Shown here piece after piece: positions 28,459 to 38,484 of a stretch of DNA of 64,000 nucleotides (positions within the stretch are counted from its first letter, which is position 1; the number at the start of each line of letters is the position of its first letter). Where the stretch lies: assembly GCA_032128875.1 (NCBI GenBank), contig JAVLKG010000001.1, positions 640,001 through 704,000 of the forward strand, given 5' to 3'. Origin of the DNA: Candidatus Melainabacteria bacterium 17Bon1m. Its GTDB lineage: Bacteria; Cyanobacteriota; Vampirovibrionia; Obscuribacterales; Obscuribacteraceae. Position numbers and translations under genes: made by a program. The notes beneath the pieces were generated by a model. It was not told where the DNA came from. It did not search any database and saw only the letters and a list, made by a program, of their open reading frames with translations.

Positions 28459-30726
28459 ATGACTTATACAACGCACCATGAAAAGAGGTCCAAGTATCAC
28501 GTGTCGAAAAACAGCAACGGCGCTCAGGCAAATGGACGCAAGCAGGCAGTCGCTTCAGTAGCGGACCGGCAGCCACTCACGACTGCTGTCGACTATGCCA
28601 GCCATCCGGTAAACGAGATTTTTGGTGCAAACGTTTTCAATCGGCAGACGATGCGCGCATTATTGCCGAAAACTGTATACAAAGCGGTTGTACGTTGCCT
28701 GGATCATGGCGAACAACTTGATCCGGCTATGGCAGACACCGTTGCGAACGCGATGAAGGATTGGGCAATCGCGCGCGGCGCCACCCACTTTACTCATTGG
28801 TTTGTGCCTCTGCACGGATACACTGCGGAAAAGCATGATTCCTTCCTGGTTTCCAACGTTGATGATGGTGCCGTTCTGGAATTTTCCGGTAAGAACTTAG
28901 TGCAAGGCGAGCCTGATGCATCGAGCTTTCCATCCGGTGGTATTCGCTCCACATTCGAAGCACGTGGATATACAGGCTGGGATCCGTCGAGCCCTGCATT
29001 CCTTATGGACAGTGCTAATGGCAGAACGCTCTGCATTCCGTCCGTATTCTGCTCATTCAGCGGACATGCACTCGATGTGAAAACACCGCTGCTGCGCTCG
29101 CTTGAAGCCATCAGCAAGTCAACCGTTCGCTTGTTGCATGCTATCGGCAACAAAGACGTGAAGCGCGTCAACTGCACTGTGGGTCCTGAGCAAGAATACT
29201 TCCTTATAGATGAAGCCTTCTATCACGCTCGTCCAGACATTATCAGTGCCGGTCGTGCTCTCTTCGGTGCCCGTCCTCCTAAAGGACAGGAAATGGAAGA
29301 TCACTATTGGGGTTCGATTCGTGAGCGTGTTCTTGCATTCATGATGGATGCTGAGCACGAGCTCTACAGGCTCGGCGTGCCGGTAAAGACGCGTCACAAC
29401 GAAGTTGCTCCTGCACAGTTTGAAGTCGCACCTGTTTTCGAAAGCAGCAATCTCGCGACAGACCACAACATGTTGCTCATGGAAGTCTTCAGGAAAACGG
29501 CTCAGAAGCATGGTTTCCGTTGCCTCTTCCACGAAAAACCATTCAGTGGTGTCAACGGAAGCGGTAAGCACAACAACTGGTCGTTGGCTGATGATCAAGG
29601 CAACAACTTGCTGGAACCTGGTGATGATACGCAAGAGAACCTGCAGTTCTTGATCGTCTTGTCCGCGGTTATCCGCGCGGTTGATAAATACGCAAAATTG
29701 TTGCGCGCCAGTATTGCCACTGCCGGTAATGACCACCGCCTCGGTGCTAACGAAGCACCACCAGCGATTATGTCTATCTACTTAGGTGACGCGCTCACTA
29801 AAGTTGTGGACAACATCATCTCTGGCAAGGCAGGCGACAAGAAGGTTGGAGCAACTGTGAAATCCGGCGTCTCGATGTTGCCGGACATTCTCAAAGATGA
29901 CTCAGACCGCAACCGTACTTCTCCGTTTGCTTTCACCGGCAACAAGTTTGAATTCCGTGCCGTCGGCTCCAGTCAATCTGTTGCTATGCCAAACACCGTT
30001 CTCAACACGATGGTGGCAGACTCGATGGATTATCTCGCTGACGAGATCGAAAAAGCCGTGAAGAATGGTAGCGAGCTGAAAGCTGCAATCAGCAGCGTAT
30101 TGGTCAAGACACTTTCCGATCACAAACGTGTTCTCTTTAACGGTGATAACTACTCGGAGCAATGGCATGAAGAAGCCTCGCGCCGCGGTCTCGCCAATCT
30201 GAAGAATTTGCCTGAAGCGCTGCCGGTGCTTGTTGAAGCAGAAGCGAAAGAACTCTTCAGCCGTTACGATGTATTCCAAGAAGACGAGTTGGTCAGCCGC
30301 TATCACATCTTGCTGGAAAACTATTGCAAGACCATTAACGTCGAATCACTACTCACTTCCAACATTGCAACGACAATGATCTTGCCTGCTGCAATCGAGT
30401 ATCAAACTCGCCTGGCAACAGCGATTGTGCAAACTAAATCCGCCGTCAGCGGCATCAATCTTGCCCATCAGGAGAACATGCTGAAAGACGTGTCGGACAG
30501 AATTGCACGACTGAGAACAGCAATTGAAGTACTCGATATGTTGCGTCACGAACAACGTGGCGAAGATCACTTGGATGATGAACACACCGCAGAAGCTCGC
30601 TTCTACCAACAGCGCGTGATTCCTGCGATGAATGAAGTCAGAACAGTTGCTGACGAATTGGAGCTGATGGTTGACGACTCACTGTGGCCGTTGCCGAAGT
30701 TCCGCGAGATGCTCTACATCTACTAA
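28459..30726 (+). CDS. glnN: Glutamine synthetase type III
   Basis: THFTHWFVPL, AEKHDSF, GEPDASSFPSGG, HNEVAPAQFE, NGSGKHNNWS, DRNRTSPFAFTGNKFEFRA. True start may be GTG 28501. Confidence 0.95.
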   Translation: MTYTTHHEKRSKYHVSKNSNGAQANGRKQAVASVADRQPLTTAVDYASHPVNEIFGANVFNRQTMRALLPKTVYKAVVRCLDHGEQLDPAMADTVANAMKDWAIARGATHFTHWFVPLHGYTAEKHDSFLVSNVDDGAVLEFSGKNLVQGEPDASSFPSGGIRSTFEARGYTGWDPSSPAFLMDSANGRTLCIPSVFCSFSGHALDVKTPLLRSLEAISKSTVRLLHAIGNKDVKRVNCTVGPEQEYFLIDEAFYHARPDIISAGRALFGARPPKGQEMEDHYWGSIRERVLAFMMDAEHELYRLGVPVKTRHNEVAPAQFEVAPVFESSNLATDHNMLLMEVFRKTAQKHGFRCLFHEKPFSGVNGSGKHNNWSLADDQGNNLLEPGDDTQENLQFLIVLSAVIRAVDKYAKLLRASIATAGNDHRLGANEAPPAIMSIYLGDALTKVVDNIISGKAGDKKVGATVKSGVSMLPDILKDDSDRNRTSPFAFTGNKFEFRAVGSSQSVAMPNTVLNTMVADSMDYLADEIEKAVKNGSELKAAISSVLVKTLSDHKRVLFNGDNYSEQWHEEASRRGLANLKNLPEALPVLVEAEAKELFSRYDVFQEDELVSRYHILLENYCKTINVESLLTSNIATTMILPAAIEYQTRLATAIVQTKSAVSGINLAHQENMLKDVSDRIARLRTAIEVLDMLRHEQRGEDHLDDEHTAEARFYQQRVIPAMNEVRTVADELELMVDDSLWPLPKFREMLYIY

Positions 30727-30780
30727 GATGGCGCAGCGGTTAAATTCGCATAGAGCAATTCGACACAAAGAATAAGATCC

Positions 30781-30821
30781 AGGATGGGGGCGTACTCGTT
30801 GCGCTCCCGTTCTTTCTTTTT
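30781..30821 (+). terminator. Probable intrinsic terminator of glnN
   Basis: GC-rich stem with G-U pairs followed by TTTCTTTTT. Confidence 0.65.
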
Positions 30822-30822
30822 C

Positions 30823-31371
30823 TCAGCGGGATTTTGTTTTGTCATAGTGCTTGCGCACTTTCTCTCGATTGCCGCATGTTTCCATACTGCACCACTGTCT
30901 CTGCTGATTCTTTGACGTATCTACGAAGTAGAGAATACATTTATCGCTGGCGCACTTTCGCAGTGATTTCAACTTTGTCGATGCCAGAAGTTCGCAGCAA
31001 GCAGTTGCAATCCTTGCGAGTAAATCCGCACCTGAATCCAGCCTATACTCGAGTTTATAACTGTCGTTAGAGCACTTCAGCACGCGTACCAGCATGTTGC
31101 TGCGTTGGTTCAGTAAATCAAGATCTTCCTGTATAAGAGCGTTTGACTCCACGGCACGCTCGAATGCGCGCCTTATCGACGATCTCAATTCTTTCGCATC
31201 AGCGAGATCCTTTTCGGCGAGTTTTACGCTCAACGGTTCGCCGAGCGCGGCGTTGAACCATTGGAGCAGAGATTCGGGAGAGTGAAGCAAATCAATTCTG
31301 GCATTGGAGCCCACGACTTCCGTGTTTACGAAGTCGCTCGCCAAATTGTTGCCAATGAAAAGAAAATCCAT
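30823..31371 (-). CDS. ABATE/CGNR zinc-finger putative transcriptional regulator
   Basis: LASDFVNT N-terminus; CASDKC...FVDTSKNQQRQWCSMETCGNREK. Confidence 0.92.
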   Translation of the reverse strand: MDFLFIGNNLASDFVNTEVVGSNARIDLLHSPESLLQWFNAALGEPLSVKLAEKDLADAKELRSSIRRAFERAVESNALIQEDLDLLNQRSNMLVRVLKCSNDSYKLEYRLDSGADLLARIATACCELLASTKLKSLRKCASDKCILYFVDTSKNQQRQWCSMETCGNREKVRKHYDKTKSR

Positions 31372-31382
31372 GCTGACAATCT

Positions 31383-31450
31383 TAACCTTTTAAGCGAGTT
31401 TTGGGGGTTAGAAGTTTGTTTCTAACTGGTATAATTGGTTTAGGTGGTTA
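31383..31450. promoter_or_regulatory. Two tandem inverted-repeat operators TAACY-N18-GGTTA
   Basis: TAACC 31383-87 with GGTTA 31406-10, and TAACT 31423-27 with GGTTA 31446-50. Identical 18-nt spacers, 40-nt period, in a divergent promoter region. Confidence 0.65.
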
Positions 31451-31528
31451 AGGTCTGCGTGATAACGCTATCAAGGCTGATGCACAGTGGCCCGGTCGAT
31501 AAGATCTGCCGCCGAAAGGAAGGAATCC

Positions 31529-32416
31529 ATGGGTAGATATCATGCCGGTGAATTGGCAGTCCAAGAGTTGGCTGGCGTTCGACGAATGGCAGAGCGCATG
31601 GCGGGCTCGTCTTACAGCTCGCTTTCCGTGCCGGCGCAAAATTACTTGCTGTCTAGTTCTTTTGCAGCCATGACTTGGCTCGATTCAAAAGGTCAGCCTT
31701 GGATTACGCCGCTATCGGGTGCGCCTGGGTTTTTGCAGGCGATGGACCAATCAACCATCGCCATCGATTTGCAAGGTTCGGCTGCTCCATTGCTGAGCGG
31801 GCGGGATTTTGGCGAAACACCCGCGGCACTCGTCGTGATGGACTTTGGAGCAAGGCTTAGAGTGCGCGTGAATGGGCAAGCTTCTTCAAGAGGTGATGAT
31901 CTCGTGTTTTACGTTGACGAAGTCTACGGCAACTGTCCGAAGTACATTCACAGACGCCACCCTCTGGAAGACTCTGCTCTCTCATCTGTAGATTATCTTG
32001 AGAGTTTGAAAATGAAGGCGGTTGTAGAACAATCTTTCTTGGATGAAAAAGCGTTAGCTCTGGCAAGCAAGGCCGATACGTTCTTCATCGGGACATATGC
32101 CTCCGCAGGCGGTGCCGACGCATCTCACCGAGGAGGAGAGCCAGGCTTTGTGAAAGCTGACGCTAAAACAGTCAGTTGGAAAGATTTCCCCGGCAACAAT
32201 ATGTTCAATACCTTCGGAAATGTTCATTCCAACAAAGAGACTGCTCTGCTGTTTTTGGATTTTGAAACACGCGAAGGCCTCGCCTTGACTGGCACGATTG
32301 AGAGCTTTTCTGTGAGCGAACACGGGAGGTCTGCGAAAGAGGACACTGTGTTCAAAGTGAAAAGCGCGAAGCATTTACCTCGCGCTCTTGCACATTCTTG
32401 GGAAGACGAAGACTAA
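31529..32416 (+). CDS. Pyridoxamine 5'-phosphate oxidase-like FMN-binding protein (two split-barrel domains)
   Basis: YHAGELAVQ, YGNCPKYI, DASHRGGEPGFV, FPGNNMFNTFGN. Confidence 0.88.
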   Translation: MGRYHAGELAVQELAGVRRMAERMAGSSYSSLSVPAQNYLLSSSFAAMTWLDSKGQPWITPLSGAPGFLQAMDQSTIAIDLQGSAAPLLSGRDFGETPAALVVMDFGARLRVRVNGQASSRGDDLVFYVDEVYGNCPKYIHRRHPLEDSALSSVDYLESLKMKAVVEQSFLDEKALALASKADTFFIGTYASAGGADASHRGGEPGFVKADAKTVSWKDFPGNNMFNTFGNVHSNKETALLFLDFETREGLALTGTIESFSVSEHGRSAKEDTVFKVKSAKHLPRALAHSWEDED

Positions 32417-32430
32417 GCGACGTTCTCTAA

Positions 32431-33639
32431 CTAGAAAAGATCGAATATGTCACTTGGTTTTGGCAGACTGTCCAGTAGTCTGCCAGGATTGAGGATGTCT
32501 GACGGACTAGGCGGCTTCGGCAGACCGTTTAGGAGATCGCCAGGGCTAGGCGGCATCGGTAAGCCATCGAAGATTTGACCAGGGCTAGGAAGCGCCGGCA
32601 GCCCCGGAAGCAAATCTCCAGGATTTGGCAGGCCGTCAATGATATCGCCCGGAAATCCTGGAATTCCGGGAAGCCCAGGAATTCCGGGAAGCCCTGGAAT
32701 TCTTGGTGTTCCATCTTCCGGATTTTCTGGATATTGCTCTTCTTCGTTTTCATTGCCTTGTCCAAGTTGGCGCATCAGCAGTGCCATATGACGGCTCATG
32801 CGTGCAAGAATTTGCTGCACGGTTTTTTCATCGCCGCTGGCAATCGCTTGAGAGAGTTCTTGCAGATCGTTTTGCAGCAACACCATCGAGTCATTCGGCG
32901 TGTAACCTTCACTACCTAAATCTAAATAATTTTCTCCAGCGTCTCCTCTTTCTTCTGCCCCTTGCTCAGAGCCGTGCCCTTCATTGTGTTCTGAAGTTTC
33001 TTCTCCACCGTGTTCAGAACTCTCAGAGCCGTGCTCGGTTTCTTCAGGTGGGCAATGTTTTTCAGAGCAATCTTCTTTTCCGCTGTCGCTACTACCTTGT
33101 TCGTCCCGTTCATTATTGTGATGTTGCTCGCCATCGAGGTGCCCGTGGTCGCTTTCACCTTCGCTTTCAGCTTTATCCGAATCTGAAAATAGACCTCGTG
33201 CAAAAGCTGTAAGGTCTCTACGCATCTCGCCGAGCCAATCTTTGGCTTCTGATTTATCGCCTTCTTGCAACGATTGTTGCGCGTTGAACATGTCACCGTA
33301 AACTTCAACAAGGCGACCTGCATCTTCTCTATCGAAATCAAAATCGTTGCCTTTGTCGTTTTCATCATCAAACGATGCAAAACGTCTGGCGATATCCATT
33401 GCCCCTTGTTGTTCGAAATTGAAACCCTTATCCGAGCTGCTGTTGCTGCTAATGCGCGAGTAAATATCTGTGGGCCCGAAATCGAGTTGATCGCTATTAT
33501 TTTTGTTGCTTTCTCCACCGCGTGTGGTGGCACTCAAGTCTGAGTACAGACTTTTTAGATCGAACTGCGGAGCATCTGAGGTTTTTGCCTCATTGACGGC
33601 GCTGTCTCCACGGTCGGGGGTGTTAAAAACTGCGCTCAT
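32431..33639 (-). CDS. Acidic, largely disordered hypothetical protein with Pro/Gly-rich C-terminal repeats
   Basis: ATG 33639 follows AAGGAGAG; Glu/His-rich middle; PGIPGLPG and LPxPPSPxDLL repeats. Confidence 0.75.
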   Translation of the reverse strand: MSAVFNTPDRGDSAVNEAKTSDAPQFDLKSLYSDLSATTRGGESNKNNSDQLDFGPTDIYSRISSNSSSDKGFNFEQQGAMDIARRFASFDDENDKGNDFDFDREDAGRLVEVYGDMFNAQQSLQEGDKSEAKDWLGEMRRDLTAFARGLFSDSDKAESEGESDHGHLDGEQHHNNERDEQGSSDSGKEDCSEKHCPPEETEHGSESSEHGGEETSEHNEGHGSEQGAEERGDAGENYLDLGSEGYTPNDSMVLLQNDLQELSQAIASGDEKTVQQILARMSRHMALLMRQLGQGNENEEEQYPENPEDGTPRIPGLPGIPGLPGIPGFPGDIIDGLPNPGDLLPGLPALPSPGQIFDGLPMPPSPGDLLNGLPKPPSPSDILNPGRLLDSLPKPSDIFDLF

Positions 33640-33915
33640 GTACTCTCCTTTGCTCGGTGGAGCCGGAAGATGGGCGGACGACGTAGTAAGGGGCGATTGC
33701 GATAAGTTCGCCCAATTTATGCAGTTGAGCAGGCAAACGTGTGGCACGAATATTAATTCGCCGCGAAAGCCTCAACTAATTAGCCGATTCGGCTGCGCCA
33801 AAATGCAAAAAGCTTCTTTCTTCGCCATTTAAGCCTTTTGTCAAGATGATTCTTGTCCTCAAGGCATGCTATAGGTGGAATACTAAATAGAGAGCTATAA
33901 AAAGACGGATTTGTA

Positions 33916-35898
33916 ATGCTCAGCAGTTGGTCGAGCGAAAAGAAGATTGTCAGCGGCTTTGGGGTTGCCCTCATCGCTGTTGCTTTGGCGCTCTTCAGTC
34001 CCTACCTCGTGCATCCGGGTGCGCGGGAAATCAAGCAGTGGGTCGAGCAACGACAAAAGGTTTTCGATAATCTGCAAAGTGTTTTAACAGATTTCCGTGA
34101 AGCTCAGTTGTATCACCGCGACTTCGTATTGTCTGGCGATGCGAGGCATGCTGATGACTTCAATGAAGCAGTTGCGCGCGTAAATGAGCGACTCTTTTCT
34201 TTGAGAACACTAGACGACGATACTAAGACCGCTGAGCAGTTTAGACGTCTGGAGAATGAGTTGGAAAGCTCGATTACTTCCTTGCGCACAGCAATGAATT
34301 CACGCAAAGAAAAATCGATTACCCCGAAGCGCGTAATGGAAATGTCCGACAATGCACTTGTTCAATCAAATGCGGCAGCTGCTTCGATAGAGCGTCTCGA
34401 GAACGATCAGATAAAGCTGTTAGAGGAGCGCATCTCGCAATATAGTTCTTTGCCGAACTACCAGGTGTTGGTCGGTTTTTTGCTCATTACCTTCCTGGGT
34501 TTGCTGGGATTGGGTACGTTTTTGATGTCCAAGAACTGGCAAAATTCAGTTGAGTCTTTGAAAGAACGCAATCAGCTTCTGGAAGATCAATTGAGTTCTG
34601 CCCAGGCACACTTAGACAAGCTTGCTAATAAAGACTTGCTCACCGAAGTTTTGAACGTCAGAGGTTTGGAACAGTCGCTAATCGCGGAACAGAACCGCGC
34701 TGGGCGTGCAGGCGCACAGCTTGTCGGCATGTTGCTCAACATCGACAATTTCCGCAGAGTCAATGAAGGACTCGGACATGCTGTTGGTGATGTGATTTTA
34801 AAGGAACTCTCTCGGCGCATCGGCAATACGCTGCGCCCTTCCGATCATATTGGTCGAATTGGACGAGATGAATTTCTCGTTCTTCTGCCGGACACGCAAC
34901 TTGCATATGCAATGAAAGTAGCTGAAAGAATCAGGCTTTCTGTATCAGACAGTCCACTCCGCAATGCTTCCGATCTCATACACCTCACGATCAGCGCTGG
35001 AGTTGCAACGTTGCCTCAGAAAGTGTCCTCTCTGGAAGAAGTGCTTACCCTCACTCGCTCGGCGCTCAAGCGGAGCAAGCTGTCCGGCAAGAACAAAGTT
35101 TCGGTTGCGCGTGATGGAGCGTCGGAGGACGAAAGTCCTGTGGCCCGCGACATTGTTGATGTACTGTGCGATTCGAGTGCATTTCGAACAGTCTTTCAAC
35201 CCATTATTGATTTATCAACAGAGCAAGTTTCGGGTTACGAAATTCTTTCACGTGGACCAGATGGTGCATTTGAAAGTCCCGCCGATTTCTTTAGAGTCTG
35301 CGTTGAAAACAATATTCTCACTACCGTGGATCTCTCCTGCGTTAAGCTGTGCATCAACGCAACGAACGGTGTGAAGCAGAACATGCGCTTTCACCTGAAT
35401 ATCTTTCCTTCAACTTTGTTAGATACTCCGATTGAACAGTTGCTTTCATTGTTTCCCTCACAGCAAGATGGGCGTGTTTTTTGCGTTGAAATCAGCGAGC
35501 AGCAGTTTGTCGGAGACCCTGCTTACATGCGCGATCACGTCAATGCATTAAAGCAAGCCGGAATTCTTGTTGCTATTGATGATGTCGGCTTCGGAAGAAG
35601 CTCTCTGGAAAGTCTGATACTTCTTGAGCCGGATTTGGTCAAAGTCGACCGCAAATATGTGACTGGGGTTTCTGTTGAGCCATCGAAAGCGCGCTTGATG
35701 AAACGGTTGGCAAACGTCGCTAAATCACTTGGTGCAGAGATTGTGGCAGAGGGCATCGAAAACAGCGATGACATTCCGGTGCTAAAAGAGATCGGCGTGC
35801 ACTATGGTCAAGGTTGGCTCTTTGGAGAACTCTTGGAAGTCCTTCCGGGGGCTCCAGCAGGACGCAGAGCTGGCGATCAGGTGGGGGATTCCGTGTGA
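33916..35898 (+). CDS. CHASE3-GGDEF-EAL c-di-GMP signalling membrane protein
   Basis: Two TMs around a CHASE3-like region (RDFVLSGD); DLLTEVLN, GHAVGD, GRDEF; FQPI, EIL, DDVGFG, VAEGIE, YGQGW. Confidence 0.9.
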   Translation: MLSSWSSEKKIVSGFGVALIAVALALFSPYLVHPGAREIKQWVEQRQKVFDNLQSVLTDFREAQLYHRDFVLSGDARHADDFNEAVARVNERLFSLRTLDDDTKTAEQFRRLENELESSITSLRTAMNSRKEKSITPKRVMEMSDNALVQSNAAAASIERLENDQIKLLEERISQYSSLPNYQVLVGFLLITFLGLLGLGTFLMSKNWQNSVESLKERNQLLEDQLSSAQAHLDKLANKDLLTEVLNVRGLEQSLIAEQNRAGRAGAQLVGMLLNIDNFRRVNEGLGHAVGDVILKELSRRIGNTLRPSDHIGRIGRDEFLVLLPDTQLAYAMKVAERIRLSVSDSPLRNASDLIHLTISAGVATLPQKVSSLEEVLTLTRSALKRSKLSGKNKVSVARDGASEDESPVARDIVDVLCDSSAFRTVFQPIIDLSTEQVSGYEILSRGPDGAFESPADFFRVCVENNILTTVDLSCVKLCINATNGVKQNMRFHLNIFPSTLLDTPIEQLLSLFPSQQDGRVFCVEISEQQFVGDPAYMRDHVNALKQAGILVAIDDVGFGRSSLESLILLEPDLVKVDRKYVTGVSVEPSKARLMKRLANVAKSLGAEIVAEGIENSDDIPVLKEIGVHYGQGWLFGELLEVLPGAPAGRRAGDQVGDSV

Positions 35899-36764
35899 CC
35901 CAGGAAATCGTTCCGATTGGCCCGACAGAAGAAAAGTTTGCTGTCGATGATGTAATCAACACTGGTTGGCAGATTACACTGAGCCGCTTTTGGCCACTCG
36001 CTTGCATCTTGGGTGTGAATGGTTTGGTTGCGGCACTGGTGCCACTAGCGAGCTTCGTCATGGGATACAACGGGTCCATGACAATCAGCAACATATCACT
36101 TCAATTGTTCATGCATTTTCTCAGCGCAATAATTATGCTCACTGTTGAAATCGGCATGATGAATGTCTTTCTTATGTCGCTTGACGGCAAGAAAGTGAAC
36201 GCAGATGACTGCTTCAAATGCATCAAGTATCTGCCCTCATATTTTGCTTTTGTATTTTTGTCAAGAATCCTGATTGTTCTGGGATATGTGAGTTTCATAA
36301 TTCCTGGAATCATTCTCCAAATTTCATTTCAGTTCGCCGGTTATTTCATCGTCGAGAAAAAGATGGGACCCATTGCCGCTATGAAGGCGAGTTGGGCTAT
36401 TTGCGACGGTGCCCGCTGGCAGCTCATTCTGCTTGGGGTCATAAGCTATTTCATAAACGTTGTCGGATTTTTGTGCTTTATCGTCGGCGGAATTCCTGCG
36501 TATTTGATTAACGGCATTGCTAACGCAGCCACGTATCGGACACTATTGGAGAAGACACCGCAGTATGCAAATCTTGTCCCTGCTCCGGCACTGAGTGAGT
36601 CTCAGGTTGCACAGCTTTTAGACCAAGACTCGCAGGCGCAGTACGAACAATTAGCGCAAGCGCCGTTTGAACAAGCAGCGCAAGTGCCGTTAGAACAAGA
36701 CTCGCAGGCACAGTCAGAGCAGAACCCTCAAGTACACACAGAAAAACCGCCTGAAGCGTCGTAG
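35895..36764 (+). CDS. Integral membrane protein (DUF975/UPF0259-like) with Gln-rich tail
   Basis: IIPGII...YFIVEKKMGPIAAMKASW pattern; GTGA overlap with the upstream gene; ~8-aa QA repeats at the C-terminus. Confidence 0.75.
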   Translation: MTQEIVPIGPTEEKFAVDDVINTGWQITLSRFWPLACILGVNGLVAALVPLASFVMGYNGSMTISNISLQLFMHFLSAIIMLTVEIGMMNVFLMSLDGKKVNADDCFKCIKYLPSYFAFVFLSRILIVLGYVSFIIPGIILQISFQFAGYFIVEKKMGPIAAMKASWAICDGARWQLILLGVISYFINVVGFLCFIVGGIPAYLINGIANAATYRTLLEKTPQYANLVPAPALSESQVAQLLDQDSQAQYEQLAQAPFEQAAQVPLEQDSQAQSEQNPQVHTEKPPEAS

Positions 36765-36875
36765 GGAAGTTTGTTTGGAGCACGCGTAAGGTAGTTAGCG
36801 GTAGCTCTGGTTTCCACTACGCATCGTTCCAAAGCGGGTATACTGCTGCCTGGTTGACCTTTTTGAGGTAGGTAG

Positions 36876-37667
36876 ATGGCGGTGCGAAACTCGACCCTGG
36901 CACTTTTGGCTTTAGTTGCTACATTAATGCCGCCTTGCTATGCGGATACTGCGGGGGCTACAGGCGCTACTTCGATTACCGCAACGCAGATCGACGATAT
37001 ACCAGCGCCTCCGCCAGCCACCACTCCAGCGGAAACGCAGCCAGCAACCCCGGCAAGCAAGCCGCCCGACAGCAACAAAAAAACTTCCACAACCTTAAAT
37101 CCGCCTTCGTCAGCAGCTTCCTTGCAAGGTAATGTCCAGGGAGGTGCGCCCGTTGTTCTGCAAGGTCTACATGATGTGGGTATGACCGTCCATCATCTGC
37201 AGGAAATGTTGAAAGGACTGCTGTTCGAAGCGCAACGCCAGGACATGGTGGTCGTTGCCGAGCCAAACGTAATCGGACCTATGGTCATCCCTGCCATTCC
37301 CAATCCATCGGGAATGATGTCGATCGGCTATTTGCCGCCGCGAAAGAAATGGATTGATTACTTCATGTCGCAGATAGAAGAAATTATTCCGATGCTTGAT
37401 CATGAAATCAATTCATTGCCGCGACCAGATCAAAATGATACGGCTTTGTTGCAAGCGTATACTGAAATGTTCGATGCTGCGCGCGGTTTTAACCCTCCTT
37501 GGGCTGAATTGGAAACAGCAACTAAAGGTCCAGAGTACAAAAATAAAGATATATCGTTTGCAGGTTCTGATTTGTGGTTCCAAATCGAGAAGTTCAAAAA
37601 GCTGAAGGACAAGCTTTTTAAGATGGTCAAGGAAGAGGCAAAGCAGAAAAAGAAAAAAGAGAGTTAG
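36876..37667 (+). CDS. Secreted hypothetical protein
   Basis: Signal peptide, Pro-rich linker, helical domain with YLPPRKKW; GAGG RBS. Confidence 0.75.
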   Translation: MAVRNSTLALLALVATLMPPCYADTAGATGATSITATQIDDIPAPPPATTPAETQPATPASKPPDSNKKTSTTLNPPSSAASLQGNVQGGAPVVLQGLHDVGMTVHHLQEMLKGLLFEAQRQDMVVVAEPNVIGPMVIPAIPNPSGMMSIGYLPPRKKWIDYFMSQIEEIIPMLDHEINSLPRPDQNDTALLQAYTEMFDAARGFNPPWAELETATKGPEYKNKDISFAGSDLWFQIEKFKKLKDKLFKMVKEEAKQKKKKES

Positions 37668-37670
37668 GGA

Positions 37671-38360
37671 ATGGCAGATGTATCGAAGAGAACGCTAGAA
37701 CTGCAGGTGGTGCCACTACTGTTGGTTTCAATTGTTTTTTCTTTTGGCTTTCCATCAGCTGCTGCCCCGGCGACTAAGCAGTCTGAAACTAAGCAACCAG
37801 CGACTAAGCCGCCAGTGACCAAGCAGCCAGCGACCAAGCTTGAAACTAAGCTGCCAGCGACCAAGCAAACCGCAGCGAAAGACGAAAGTGATCAATCGGA
37901 AGATGAACTTGCTTCTGAACAATTAAGGAAAGGCAGACATCACGGTCGTCACAAGGGAGGCGGCGCTCACCGCAGACGTGATGGCGTTCCGAGCTTTCGA
38001 AGCGTCAAACAACTTGATTCACTGACACCAGTTCAGTCTGGAAAGATAAATCGAATTTTGAAAGAGTATCGAGAGGTAATGGCACCACTTGCAGGCAAAT
38101 ATAGAGCTTATAGGAAGGCGGAAGAAGGTTCCGGCAGTGAGAGCACGCCGGATGCCGGTCGCGCTATGAGTATGAAAGACATGCGCGAGCAAATTCATAT
38201 TTTGCGAAGTCAAACCTGGGTCAAGATACAAAAGATCTTGACGCCGAGCCAGAAGGCGGAGCTTCAGAATCAACCGCGCGGTGATCGCGGTCCGCATCTT
38301 CACCATAATCCTAATGCACTACCGTCTGAGCATGACTCTGGACGGTCATTCAGCAAATAG
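37671..38360 (+). CDS. Spy/CpxP-like (LTxxQ) periplasmic protein
   Basis: Signal peptide; LTPVQ and ILTPSQKAEL motifs. Confidence 0.65.
   Translation: MADVSKRTLELQVVPLLLVSIVFSFGFPSAAAPATKQSETKQPATKPPVTKQPATKLETKLPATKQTAAKDESDQSEDELASEQLRKGRHHGRHKGGGAHRRRDGVPSFRSVKQLDSLTPVQSGKINRILKEYREVMAPLAGKYRAYRKAEEGSGSESTPDAGRAMSMKDMREQIHILRSQTWVKIQKILTPSQKAELQNQPRGDRGPHLHHNPNALPSEHDSGRSFSK
37770..37870 (+). repeat. ~15-bp in-frame tandem repeat (xTKQP)
   Basis: About seven copies of ACYAAGC encoding ATKQS/ETKQP/ATKPP/VTKQP and similar units. Confidence 0.75.
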
Positions 38361-38484
38361 AGCAGTTAGTCTTTCGACGTTTTGATTCTTCGTTCGTAAG
38401 CCGCTGGCTGTAAGCTATTTGCTTATTAGACCTTCATTCTTCTTCGGCTGTCATTTGAGCCGTAGCGCTGCCACCACCAGATGA

